64,000 nucleotides of DNA, from NCBI GenBank assembly GCA_963713865.1, contig OY970208.1:480001-544000 (forward strand). The letters are read 5' to 3'. Of the stretch, positions 30,031-39,342 are shown piece by piece. Position numbers and translations under genes: made by a program. The notes beneath the pieces are model-generated. The model did not search any database and was not told the DNA's origin. It saw only the letters and a list, made by a program, of their open reading frames with translations. This DNA is from an uncultured candidate division Zixibacteria bacterium. GTDB taxonomy: Bacteria > Zixibacteria > MSB-5A5 > RBG-16-43-9. Numbering within the stretch: the first letter of the stretch is position 1; the number at the start of each line of letters is the position of its first letter.

Positions 30031-31863
30031 ATGCTCTACAAAAATTTAACTTTGTGTTCTAAATCTCGGTTTGTCATCTTGGTTTTTTTAGTTTTATCAT
30101 TTACTCCATTTGCTACTCTTAATTCCCAAACCTTTTACCCCAATCCCGATTCCATTCCTTTCGCTCCAGCAGTAAACTATGGTGTAGGAAATGGGCCCAC
30201 TTATGCTTTTTGTGCAGATTTAGATGGGGATACAGATTTGGATTTAGCTGTGGCAAATGAGGGAAGTGGTAGTATTTCAGTCTTAAAGAACAACGGAGAT
30301 GGGACGTTTCAAACTAAGGTTGATTATAGTGCAGGGAACGGTTCTGCTTCTGTTTTTTGTGCGGATTTAGACGGGGATTCAGATTTAGACTTAGCTGTGG
30401 CAAATCGGCTTAGCGCGAGTGTTTCCATCTTGAAGAACAACGGGGACGGAACTTTTCAACCTAAAGTTGACTATGACGTAGGAGTCTGGCCCCGTTCTGT
30501 TTTTTGTGCTGATTTAGATGGGGATGATGACTTAGACTTAGCGGTGGCAAATCATAATAGCGGAAGCGTTTCTATCCTGAAGAACAATGGTGATGGCACA
30601 TTTCAAACTAAGGTTGACTACGGTGTAGGAAGTAATCCTCACTCTGTTTTTTGTGCGGATTTAGACGGCGATACTGATATGGACTTAGCCGTAGCAAATG
30701 ATGTTTTGAACGGCACTGTTTCCATCTTAAAGAACAATGGAGATGGGACTTTTCAAACCAAAGTTAACTATGGTACAGGATATTATCCTACTTCTGTTTT
30801 TTGTGCAAATTTGGATGGGGATTCAGATCTGGACATAGCTGTGGCAAATTCTGGAAGTGCCAATGTTTCCATACTAATTAATAATGGTGATGGCACTTTT
30901 CAAACCGCAGTCAACTATCCTACAGAAAGCTTTGCTATTTATGTTTTTTGTGCGGATTTAGACGGAGATACAGATTTAGATTTAGCTGTGGCAAATTGTT
31001 ACGCCTCCAACGTCTCTATTTTAAACAATAACGGGGATGGAACTTTTCAGAGTAAAGTGGATTATGGTGCTGGAGGTTGCCCTCAGTCTGTTTTTTGTGC
31101 GGATTTGGATGGAGATGCAGATTTAGACTTAACCACTGCAAATCAATGGGATAACAATGTATCGATCTTAAAGCATCTTACGAATAATGAATACTCCCTG
31201 GTTCCTATAGATCTGAAAATGGGTTTGGATGATAGCACTGTCCAGGTTAATATTAATATCAAAACAATTGATACAGTCGAAGCGTTTAACGTTTTTTTGT
31301 ATGTTGAGGGGACTTCTAATCCAGTTCTGGATACTGTGCTGACTGGCGGTCCTTCAGATCCCAATCCTCCAGCATTTGCTACACCCAGCTTAGTTTCAAC
31401 CTTTGACTTAAGGGTAGTTTATTGGCCACCGGCTGATCCCCTTGTTTTTGTTGCAATTGACTTTCAGGCTAGTGAAGCGCTTATACCACCAGCAAACGGA
31501 CTCTACTGCAGGATGTTCTATAAAGTAACTAATCCAGGTACCTTAACCTTTAGAACTGCAGTTCACTCACTTTCAGGTGAGACATGTATGATTACCCCTG
31601 ATGGTACTCTCGTTCCCATTAACTGGACTCCTGCCGGAGAGGTCGGCAGTTTCAATGTTACTGAGGTAATCCGGGGAGATGCTAACGGTGATGGACAGAT
31701 TACTGTCTCAGATGTAATTTATCTAATCAATTATCTTTTCAAAGGTGGACCCTCACCAGATCCTTTAACGGTTGGCGATGTAAATTGTGATGGTAAAGTC
31801 TCTGTTTCCGATGTGGTTTATTTAATCAATTACCTTTTCAAAGGCGGGCCACCGCCGTGTTGA
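30031..31863 (+). CDS. Secreted FG-GAP/VCBS-repeat beta-propeller protein with a C-terminal dockerin-like domain
   Basis: Signal peptide; 7 repeats of about 49 aa (FCADLDGDxDLDLAVAN...NNGDGTF); twin GDxNxDGxxxVSDVxYLINYLFKGG. Confidence 0.9.
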   Translation: MLYKNLTLCSKSRFVILVFLVLSFTPFATLNSQTFYPNPDSIPFAPAVNYGVGNGPTYAFCADLDGDTDLDLAVANEGSGSISVLKNNGDGTFQTKVDYSAGNGSASVFCADLDGDSDLDLAVANRLSASVSILKNNGDGTFQPKVDYDVGVWPRSVFCADLDGDDDLDLAVANHNSGSVSILKNNGDGTFQTKVDYGVGSNPHSVFCADLDGDTDMDLAVANDVLNGTVSILKNNGDGTFQTKVNYGTGYYPTSVFCANLDGDSDLDIAVANSGSANVSILINNGDGTFQTAVNYPTESFAIYVFCADLDGDTDLDLAVANCYASNVSILNNNGDGTFQSKVDYGAGGCPQSVFCADLDGDADLDLTTANQWDNNVSILKHLTNNEYSLVPIDLKMGLDDSTVQVNINIKTIDTVEAFNVFLYVEGTSNPVLDTVLTGGPSDPNPPAFATPSLVSTFDLRVVYWPPADPLVFVAIDFQASEALIPPANGLYCRMFYKVTNPGTLTFRTAVHSLSGETCMITPDGTLVPINWTPAGEVGSFNVTEVIRGDANGDGQITVSDVIYLINYLFKGGPSPDPLTVGDVNCDGKVSVSDVVYLINYLFKGGPPPC

Positions 31864-31983
31864 GCGAAGCGAAATCCCGCTGCAGGCGGGGCTGAAAAAC
31901 AGTTTGGAGTTTGGAGTAGGGGCGGGGTTTCCCCGCCCTTTTTTATTATATGGAAGGCTGAAGCTTTCCTTTACAAATAAAAC

Positions 31984-32094
31984 TGGAACAGACATCTCTA
32001 CGAGCCGTAATGCTTTTATCGACTTGTCTGTTCCCTAAGATCAGGCCCTAACACAGGTCTGTAGGACAAGGTGCCTGACCCATCGTGGAGCGAC
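31984..32094 (+). repeat. 111-bp direct repeat, copy 2, within a REP cluster at 31876-32190
   Basis: Matches 29562-29672; both copies are preceded by GTAGGGGCGrGGTTTCCyCGCCCT. Confidence 0.95.
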
Positions 32095-32217
32095 TCTGCT
32101 TGTCCCGCGGGATCAGGGTCGCAAAAAAAGAAGGACAGAACTCTGTTCTGTCCCTACAATTTTTTGTCAGACAGGAATGTCTGACATACCAGATATATTT
32201 TAAACAGACCTTATCTA

Positions 32218-32757
32218 CTATTTAGTCTTTCCTTTATTCAATTCTTCTAAAATCACCGCAGTCAAATCCATATCCTCTTTAGCATAGAGAACATTTCCTC
32301 CAGAGGAATCTAAGATCAAAGCGTAGCCATCCCGGATTGCTACTAACTGGATAACCGCGTTTATCTTATCGATAAGGGGCTTGGAAAGCTCCTTTTCCCT
32401 TCTGGCCGCTTCACCTTCAGGACCTAAAATCTTCGAAGCAAAATCCTGATATTCTTTTTGTTTGGCTATAATCAACTGCTGTTTTTCTTTTCTCTTGGCT
32501 TCAGTCAAAAGTGAACCCTGTCTTTCTAATTCATTCTGCAGAGCAGCAACCTCTTTTTGCATAGTATCAGCCTGGCTCTGCCATATAGATAACTGCTGGT
32601 TGAACCTCTCCTGAGCATCCTGAAACTCTTTATATTCTACTTTTAACCTTTCCACATCCACATAACCGATCTTGGGTTGCTGAGCTAAAAGCGCTTTAGA
32701 TAAAGGAACTGCTAACAGGAGCACAAGCCCGAAAAGACATACTACTTTTTTTAACAT
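32218..32757 (-). CDS. skp: Periplasmic chaperone Skp/OmpH
   Basis: Signal peptide, KIGYVD, coiled coil, GYALILD and VLYA...DLT motifs. Confidence 0.9.
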   Translation of the reverse strand: MLKKVVCLFGLVLLLAVPLSKALLAQQPKIGYVDVERLKVEYKEFQDAQERFNQQLSIWQSQADTMQKEVAALQNELERQGSLLTEAKRKEKQQLIIAKQKEYQDFASKILGPEGEAARREKELSKPLIDKINAVIQLVAIRDGYALILDSSGGNVLYAKEDMDLTAVILEELNKGKTK

Positions 32758-32804
32758 CAAAATCCTCCTTTTTTGTTATGCCAATATAGGTTGTTTATTT
32801 TAAT

Positions 32805-33458
32805 TTACAAGAAAAGTTTTTTAAAGGTATCCTTAGCTTCTTTTCCCACTAAGGTTATTATGGTATCATTCTCCTTAAGGATCGTTTCACCCTTGGGAAT
32901 GATTATCTGGTTCTCCCTTAAGGCTGCTATAATTATACAATCCTTGGGAAGGGTTAGTTTGGAAATTTTCTTATCAACTAAAGGAGAATCCGAAGAAAGC
33001 TGGGTCTGGAAGATTTCAACTTCACCTCCCCGTAGGGCTAAAAGGGGAATGAACATTCCAGCATCGATCTTCTCTTCGATAAGTGAGCCGATTATCCTGG
33101 TTGCCGAGACTGTAGCATCCACCCCTAAGGTTTGAAAGACCTCCTCATTATTCGGGTCATTTACCCGTGCAATGGTTTTTGGTATAATATATAATATTTT
33201 AGCCATCTGGCAGATAATCAGATTATCCTGGTCTGTGCCGGTTACAGCCACCAGGACATCCGCCCGATTAACCCCCATATCCATAAGAGTGCCAAGCTCT
33301 GTTCCATCACCCAGGATCACCTGTTCCCCTAACTCCTCTGAGAGTTTACTATATCTTGCCGGATCTTTCTCCACCAGCAATACCTCATGCTTCTCCGAGA
33401 TTAGCATCCGGGCAAGACTATGACCTACCTGACCACCACCTACTATGATAACGTACAT
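32805..33458 (-). CDS. TrkA-family RCK_N + RCK_C protein
   Basis: IIVGGGQVG, GDGT, AVTGTDQDNL and IARVNDP motifs; C-terminal TrkA_C domain. Confidence 0.9.
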   Translation of the reverse strand: MYVIIVGGGQVGHSLARMLISEKHEVLLVEKDPARYSKLSEELGEQVILGDGTELGTLMDMGVNRADVLVAVTGTDQDNLIICQMAKILYIIPKTIARVNDPNNEEVFQTLGVDATVSATRIIGSLIEEKIDAGMFIPLLALRGGEVEIFQTQLSSDSPLVDKKISKLTLPKDCIIIAALRENQIIIPKGETILKENDTIITLVGKEAKDTFKKLFL

Positions 33459-33486
33459 CTTGATTTCACCTACCTTTGGATTTCAT

Positions 33487-33892
33487 TCAAGTTTTTTCTG
33501 TAAGAAGAGTTTCAATCTTTTCAGCTGTATCAACGGTTGGGCAGATTATATTCAAATCCAGTTCTTTAAAAGCCTGAGCTCTTTTGGGATCATAAACTCT
33601 TAATAATATCTTGGGGGTTTTGAATTTCTCCCTTACCAGTTGAGCTGCCATTAAATTAGTATTATCTTCATTTGTTACCGCGATAAAGGCTTCAGCCTTA
33701 TCTATCCCGACACTTTTTAAAGCCTCCTCGTCGATCCCTATGCCCAGGATGGTTCTGCCTTTAAATTCTTTATCCAGCCTTTTAAAAGAACCGGGATTCT
33801 GGTCTATTATTGAGACCTCATTACCCTTAGCCGCAAGCTGATTGGCAAGTAACGAGCCTACCAGAACTGCATCCTAAAATTACCACTTTCAT
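33487..33892 (-). CDS. TrkA-N (RCK_N only) protein with a +1 frameshift near codon 10; absent from the ORF track
   Basis: MKVVILGCS / LVGSLLANQL...GIGIDEEALK...FIAVTNEDNTNL...RVYDPKRA...ICPT. Confidence 0.8.
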
Positions 33893-33913
33893 ATTTTTTC
33901 TCCCAAATAAATT

Positions 33914-34477
33914 TTATCCCTCAGGAAGCTTATCAATGATGACTTCACAGGGTGCTTTTCGAATCAAGATATCAGTTGTCCTTCCCCAGAGTGCTTGAAC
34001 ACCCCGTAGATTGGTGCTCATACCTAAAACAATCGCATCCGCCTGTTTATCCTTGGCTACTCGTATTATCCCCTCCCCTGCTTCCCGCGCCCTTTCAATT
34101 AGGGGAACTGGAGAAAGATTATGAAGCTTTACAATTTCTTTACCCCGATTTAAAGCCTGGTTGGCTTTCTCCTCAGCTTCAGGCATAGGAGCATTTAAGG
34201 GAAGAGTGCGAGGGATTTCTATCACATAGGTCAACACTATTTCCGCCTGATGTTCAGCTCCTAACCGACAGGCTAACTCAATCCCTCTTTCTGAATATGG
34301 CATACCTGATGTAGGAACTAAAATCCTTTTCAATGCTTCAACTGACCTGTGAGCCTTAGCTACCTCTGGTTTTATCTGAGGTGGAGGGTGCAGCATCCAC
34401 CACAGAATCCCGCCCATAGAAAAGGCAAAGACTATAGCAATAATTACTCCTAAAAGTGATACCTGAACCTGCATCAA
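33914..34477 (-). CDS. Universal stress protein with an N-terminal TM segment
   Basis: RILVPT, IIRVA...DAIVLG and GRTTD.LIRKAPCEVII motifs. Confidence 0.85.
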   Translation of the reverse strand: MMQVQVSLLGVIIAIVFAFSMGGILWWMLHPPPQIKPEVAKAHRSVEALKRILVPTSGMPYSERGIELACRLGAEHQAEIVLTYVIEIPRTLPLNAPMPEAEEKANQALNRGKEIVKLHNLSPVPLIERAREAGEGIIRVAKDKQADAIVLGMSTNLRGVQALWGRTTDILIRKAPCEVIIDKLPEG

Positions 34478-34695
34478 TTTTTTCTTTTTTTCAGATACTT
34501 ATAAACAAAATTCAAGCGATAAATCCCTAAACCTAAAAGCCCTCCACCCACTAAAAGAGTGAGGATGAAAATTCCAGAGAATAAAGCTCTCAGAAGAATT
34601 ATCCCTCCCGAAACAGTCATTAAAATACTGGTGATTATCTGGTAATAGTCCAGACGGGTTAAATTCTTAGTCGAATTTACAGTCAAGCTTCTCAT
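34474..34695 (-). CDS. Small 2-TM hypothetical protein
   Basis: Overlaps both neighbours by 4 nt; two hydrophobic segments. Confidence 0.65.
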   Translation of the reverse strand: MRSLTVNSTKNLTRLDYYQIITSILMTVSGGIILLRALFSGIFILTLLVGGGLLGLGIYRLNFVYKYLKKRKN

Positions 34696-36269
34696 TTTAT
34701 CCCCATTCTCTTTTTATCCCTTTCAGCCAAAGCATTCTTATACTGTTCTAATGAATCAAATTCTTCGGCTGAGGTCAAAACCTCTATCTGCTCTTTCTCC
34801 CAGTTATGTTTGATGCTTTTAAATAGGGGAAGCCCTTCTTTTTTCCTATACCAGGTATAATAGATAAAACACAATAAGACCCAGGAAGGGCCTGCTATTC
34901 TTCCAATAGTATGAGTCAGGATTACCTCAAAAAGAATAGTAGCCACGCCTAACATCCCGATAACTCCAAGTATAGGAAAATAGACTTTTCTTCCCTGATA
35001 ATTTAATTTTAAATTTAGAGGCATCTTATAAGGTCTGGGAGTGTAAGGATCTGAAAACCTGAGTTTTATCAAAGCGATAAAGACTAAAGTGTACCCTAAG
35101 GTAGCACCGAAGGCGTACATATTCCCTAAAGTATCCATAGCTTTAGGAGTTAGAAACGATAAAACAGTTTGGATCACTGCGACCATAGAAAAAATAACTA
35201 TAGTCCTGACCGGTGTATGAAATTTGGGATGAACTGAATAAAACCAGGGACTGATTATCCCGAACTGGCTCAAGGAATAAGTTAGCCGGGAAGCTCCCAT
35301 AACTCCAGCATTGGAGGAGATAAAAAGGATAGTAGCACCTAAGATGGCAGCAAAAGGTCCAGCGATTAATCCAATATAGGGAATAGTGCTGGCAAGTTTA
35401 GCCACAGGATCCCCTATATGGTCTGCAAAAACCTGCCAGGGCAATACTCCTAAACCCAGAGTAGAAAATGACACTGCGAAGATAAAGACGGTTAAGATTA
35501 AAGTTAGAGAAGTGCGAGGGATTATAGTAGCTGGCCTTTTGGTTTCCTGAGCTGCCTGAGAGATAGACTCTAAACCAACAAAGGAAATGATAGCCAGAGA
35601 AGAACCATACATAAAATTATGTAGCGTTGGGAACTGAGTATGCCATTGATGGGCAAGAAGTTCAGGCTTCCAGGCAAACAGAAAGCCAAAGATTATGATA
35701 CTCCCTTCAGCTAAAAGATCAACTGCTCCTATTATCGAATTCAAAAGGGATGATTCCCTTATACCCCTAATATTTACCAGGATCAAAATCCCAATGAGGA
35801 CAAGGGTTTCCAGACACCAGACCGGGTTTATATTATGCAGTGGACCTAAAGTGATGGCGAAACTCTCAATACTTCTTCCCAGCAGATAAGGCATAAAGAA
35901 GTTAATATAACCGGCTGAACCAACTGCGAAGAGAGCAATATCTATGGTGTAATCTAAAAGCAGAGCTGATCCCCCTACAAATCCCCAGAAATCCCCTAAG
36001 CCTCTTAAGGTGAAGTAAGGACCTCCTCCTGCTACAGGATAGGCGGAGGCAAGCTCAGTATAGGCAAGCCCGATCATTATATAAACAATCCCGGCTAAGG
36101 CAAAGACCAGGCTGGCAGCCCCTTGAGCATAAGCCATCACCAGTCCTAAAGCCACATATATATCAGCACCCACATCTGCATAACCCCAGGTAAAGGAGCC
36201 CCAGACTGTTACATCCCGACGAAGCTCTATTTTTTCAGTTGAATGAATTTGAGCAATTTTGTTCTTCAA
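34692..36269 (-). CDS. APC-family permease, putative KimA/YdaO-like K+ or osmolyte transporter
   Basis: YTELASAYPVAGG, FVGLESISQAAQE and HPKFHTP motifs; about 12 TM segments; preceded by a c-di-AMP riboswitch. Confidence 0.85.
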   Translation of the reverse strand: MKNKIAQIHSTEKIELRRDVTVWGSFTWGYADVGADIYVALGLVMAYAQGAASLVFALAGIVYIMIGLAYTELASAYPVAGGGPYFTLRGLGDFWGFVGGSALLLDYTIDIALFAVGSAGYINFFMPYLLGRSIESFAITLGPLHNINPVWCLETLVLIGILILVNIRGIRESSLLNSIIGAVDLLAEGSIIIFGFLFAWKPELLAHQWHTQFPTLHNFMYGSSLAIISFVGLESISQAAQETKRPATIIPRTSLTLILTVFIFAVSFSTLGLGVLPWQVFADHIGDPVAKLASTIPYIGLIAGPFAAILGATILFISSNAGVMGASRLTYSLSQFGIISPWFYSVHPKFHTPVRTIVIFSMVAVIQTVLSFLTPKAMDTLGNMYAFGATLGYTLVFIALIKLRFSDPYTPRPYKMPLNLKLNYQGRKVYFPILGVIGMLGVATILFEVILTHTIGRIAGPSWVLLCFIYYTWYRKKEGLPLFKSIKHNWEKEQIEVLTSAEEFDSLEQYKNALAERDKKRMGIK

Positions 36270-36290
36270 GTTGCTATCTTTCCCTTAAAG

Positions 36291-36319
36291 AAAAAAGACC
36301 AATGAAAACCCAGTGGTCT
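36291..36319 (-). terminator. Riboswitch expression-platform terminator
   Basis: Minus strand AGACCACTG-GGTTTT-CATTGGTCT-TTTTT. Confidence 0.7.
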
Positions 36320-36336
36320 ATCCTATTTGATCTTCA

Positions 36337-36467
36337 CTCCTCTCTTTACGCCTGCGAAGTTAGCTAAAAGGCTCGGGTCAAGAGCTAACCCTATCTCCCA
36401 TTTAGGAAAAATTCGCCCTAGAATTTTATGGTTCCTCCGTCCCCCGTATGGGGATTAGGCGATTTAT
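36337..36467 (-). ncRNA. Cyclic di-AMP (ydaO/yuaA) riboswitch
   Basis: Minus strand AAATCGCCTAATCCCC..GGGGACGGAGGAACCA..TAGGGCGAAT..TAGGG..CCCGAGCC..AGCTAACTTCGCAGGCG..AGAG matches the ydaO consensus; promoter TTGACA-N16-TATATT at 36477-36504. Confidence 0.88.
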
Positions 36468-36521
36468 TGAAGATTGAATATATGAGGTAGTAAAAGATTG
36501 TCAATACAAATCTTAAACTAA

Positions 36522-37967
36522 TGTCAAGCCAAAATAGAAATATCCTATTTGTTTAATATCCACATACTTTTCTTTTTTGCAACGGGATTGAAGTTCAACC
36601 ATCTTCTCCAGGGGTGATTTTTTCCAGGTTTAATAGGTCGGTGAAATCTTTCCCGGACTATGGTATCCTCAGTCTTAACAGGTTTTTCGGCGATCTCCCT
36701 ATACCGCAGACTGGTTCCCTTACCCATTATATACAGGGAGCTGCTGAGCTTCTCCTCCATGATCACCTTATTGGCCTTCACTACATCCTCCCTACGGGGG
36801 ACGAAGCCCGGCGTAGCCGTCGTAAAGCTTTTATCGACTATCTGATAAAGCCCGCCGTTATGAGTTATGGTGTTATCGTTTCTTACCGTGCGTTCAGTCT
36901 TTATGCAGAGATATTTATCCAGATAAAAATGATTGGGAAGTTTCACATGCACATCCGTGTCATTTGCCGGGCATACCCTGAACCTCTGGTTAAACTTCGG
37001 CAGATACTCCCTGAGAAATTCATTGGCGGACTCTTTGGTCTTTATCCCTCTAAGCCTCATCTCCTTAATAAGTCTGTCCTGAAGGACTCCAAAAAGCCTT
37101 TCTACCCTTCCCTTTGCCTGTGGAGAATAGGCATGGATTACGTCTACCCCAAGCTCTTTAAGTGCTCTCTCAAACTGGCTCAAAGGTTCTATCCTCTCGA
37201 ACTCCTCCCACTCGGTAAGCTTCTTAGTTGATTTGTAGGTGGTGTGCCTGTCCAGATAAATACTTAGTGAAAGCCCATATCTTCTCACATAACGCTTAAA
37301 ACTATCCATCCCAGGGATAGTCCCCCTCATAATCGTAAAACCTCGCAAAAACATGGTTGGTGGCATCATCTATGTAGGCCATCAGCACAAGCTCAGGACC
37401 CCTGCCTTCAAGCCAGTCATGATGAGAACCATCCATCTGAACCATTTCTCCAAAACATTCCTTCCTTTGTCTCCACTGTCTGTGCCTTGACCTCTTACGT
37501 CTCCTCTGCCATAGACCCGCCTCCATAAGCCATTTCCTCAGGGTCTCATCGCTTAACTTAATGCCGTCCAGTTCACCTAACTTCTCAGTTGCAAGGGTTG
37601 GACCAAAACCACTATACTTGCTTCTGTAGAACATTAATACCTTGGCTTTAACTTCAGCCAGTATCCGCCTGTTTGAAAAACGACCTCGTAACCTGTGAAT
37701 TACTCCTTCTTCTCCCTCCTCACGCACTGCCCTAACCAGCCTTCTTGTCTGTCTCTCTGAAAGCCCTATCAGGGAGGCAGCTACCCTCTGGGTTATGTGT
37801 CTCTCTATTGCCTCCTGGATTACCTTTAACCGCTTAACCTCTCTTATGCTCATCCTGATAATGTCCTTTTCTGCCATAATCCTCCCTGTCTTTTAAGGGA
37901 AAATTATAGCTATGTCTTAGGACATTTCTACTTTAGTTAATTAGGACATTATCACTTTGGTGTAACA
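36522..37967 (-). mobile_element. Insertion sequence, ISNCY/IS1202-like
   Basis: TGT...ACA ends; imperfect IRs TGTCAAGCCAAAATAGAAATATCCTA vs TGTTACACCAAAGTGATAATGTCCTA, with an internal repeat of AATGTCCTA; no clear target duplication. Confidence 0.85.
36545..37877 (-). CDS. DDE transposase split by a +1 frameshift in a G run at about 37322
   Basis: N-terminal HTH, QMDGSHHDW, IDDAT / YLDRH and AYSPQAKGRVERLFGVLQDRL motifs. Confidence 0.88.
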
Positions 37968-38133
37968 TATTGCAGTTAAGAAGATCTCCAATCGTTATAA
38001 TGTAATATCAAACTATGAACCCAGATTAAAACCATTTAGATTATATCAAAGAGTTTTAAAATATGACCTTTTAGGGTCGTTTGAGAACAACCATGAGTAT
38101 TTTACCTATATTCTTGATACTCCAACAAGAAGA

Positions 38134-38337
38134 GTGAAAATTGTAGTAAACTTTCCTGAGAACAGACCATGTAAAGAAAGGAGCGTCAAGGGCAGTTTAC
38201 ATGCGGAAAGTAGTAGGGGTGAATTAGAGAACAGGGAAATGAACAAGCCCGAAAATATAGACAATGGCCAGAAAATCGAATGGTACCTAAATAATGTAAG
38301 AGAAGGAGAGTTATATTATTTAGAATGGGATTGGTAG
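38134..38337 (+). CDS. Possible small hypothetical protein or gene remnant
   Basis: 67-aa ORF in AT-rich DNA next to the IS; no recognisable motif. Confidence 0.25.
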   Translation: MKIVVNFPENRPCKERSVKGSLHAESSRGELENREMNKPENIDNGQKIEWYLNNVREGELYYLEWDW

Positions 38338-38406
38338 AATCTATATGTTTCTATTATTATATAGATTTGAATTTTTGGAACCTCATGGCTGGATAAATTC
38401 TCATGT

Positions 38407-39264
38407 CTAATAATTAATCACCTGGTCGATCTTCCCCTTTTTGCGGGCAACATATTCAATAGATTTATAGATATAATCGGAGAACAGGGCAAGTAGAATA
38501 GTTGTTCCAAGCATTATAAGAAGAAGCTGGAAATCAGAATACTTAGCTAAGGTCTGGCTTAAGCTTTTACCCAAGATCGACCTTCTAAGAAGCTCTAACC
38601 AGTAAGTTAAAGGTAAAGCCTTGGAGATATATTGTAACCAATTAGGCAACAGGTCAATCTGGAAAATTGCTCCACAGGCTAAATAAAAAATCCCTCCTAA
38701 GCCCTCGGTCAAAGCAAAACTGTGATGAGCAGTTAGCATAGTTATCCCGGCCAAAAGGATTCCAAGACAGGTTATCACAAACAGTCCTACTATAAGGGTG
38801 ATAAAGAATAGTGGATAATTTACCTTTAACAAATCGATCGGTATCTTCAAAACAAGCATACCGAAGGCTAAGGTTATGATAATGGCAATGGTGGTGGTTA
38901 TCAGTTTGGCCATCCCTCTACCAAAAAGATAATAATACATTCTGATGGGGGCGATATAGATATATCTTAACATCTCATAATGTTCCCGGTCTTCGTGGAT
39001 CACCCAGGATATCCCGAACAAAACATTATAGACATACATAAAGAAAGTATTCCCCAGAAATATGTAGGCGAAAAGGTCAAATGAGGTCTTCCCACGGGTT
39101 ACTACTAAATACATAAAGACTAAAATCAAGGATGAGGCGATCGGTCGGATTATGGAATAGATTGCAAACAAAAACGGGTCAGCCCAGTTAGCTTCCATTG
39201 CCCAGCCCAGTTTTCCTGCTAATCTGGTGGTTCTTAAATTTTCTTTTAACTTTTGTATGAACAT
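38407..39264 (-). CDS. ABC-2 type transporter permease
   Basis: 6 TM segments; LPNWLQYISKALPLTYWLELLR motif. Confidence 0.88.
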   Translation of the reverse strand: MFIQKLKENLRTTRLAGKLGWAMEANWADPFLFAIYSIIRPIASSLILVFMYLVVTRGKTSFDLFAYIFLGNTFFMYVYNVLFGISWVIHEDREHYEMLRYIYIAPIRMYYYLFGRGMAKLITTTIAIIITLAFGMLVLKIPIDLLKVNYPLFFITLIVGLFVITCLGILLAGITMLTAHHSFALTEGLGGIFYLACGAIFQIDLLPNWLQYISKALPLTYWLELLRRSILGKSLSQTLAKYSDFQLLLIMLGTTILLALFSDYIYKSIEYVARKKGKIDQVINY

Positions 39265-39304
39265 ACAAAGTACCTCTGTTTGTCAAAAATATTAGAGTAC
39301 TGTC

Positions 39305-39342
39305 GTAGGGGCACGTTGTCCGCCTCTGGCGGATGCCCCTAC
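39305..39342. repeat. GTAG REP with a nested CCGCC-N3-GGCGG mini-hairpin
   Basis: GTAGGGGCACGTTG[TCCGCCTCTGGCGGA]TGCCCCTAC; supplies the TAG of the methyltransferase gene. Confidence 0.8.

Noticed and set aside
30165-31175. Tandem repeats of about 147 bp that could resemble a CRISPR array
   Set aside because: They are in-frame FG-GAP coding repeats with synonymous variation; there are no unique spacers and no cas genes.
36614-37231. 205-aa antisense ORF within the IS, and other short antisense ORFs across the window
   Set aside because: Shadow ORFs of well-supported opposite-strand genes, with no motifs.
37300-37370. Programmed frameshift in the transposase
   Set aside because: It is one extra G in a G run within the catalytic domain, with no typical slippery heptamer, and it looks like the other indels in the window.
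37990-38020. dif/Xer site next to the IS1202-like element
   Set aside because: Only ATAATGTA resembles dif; there is no XerD arm (TTATGTTAAAT).
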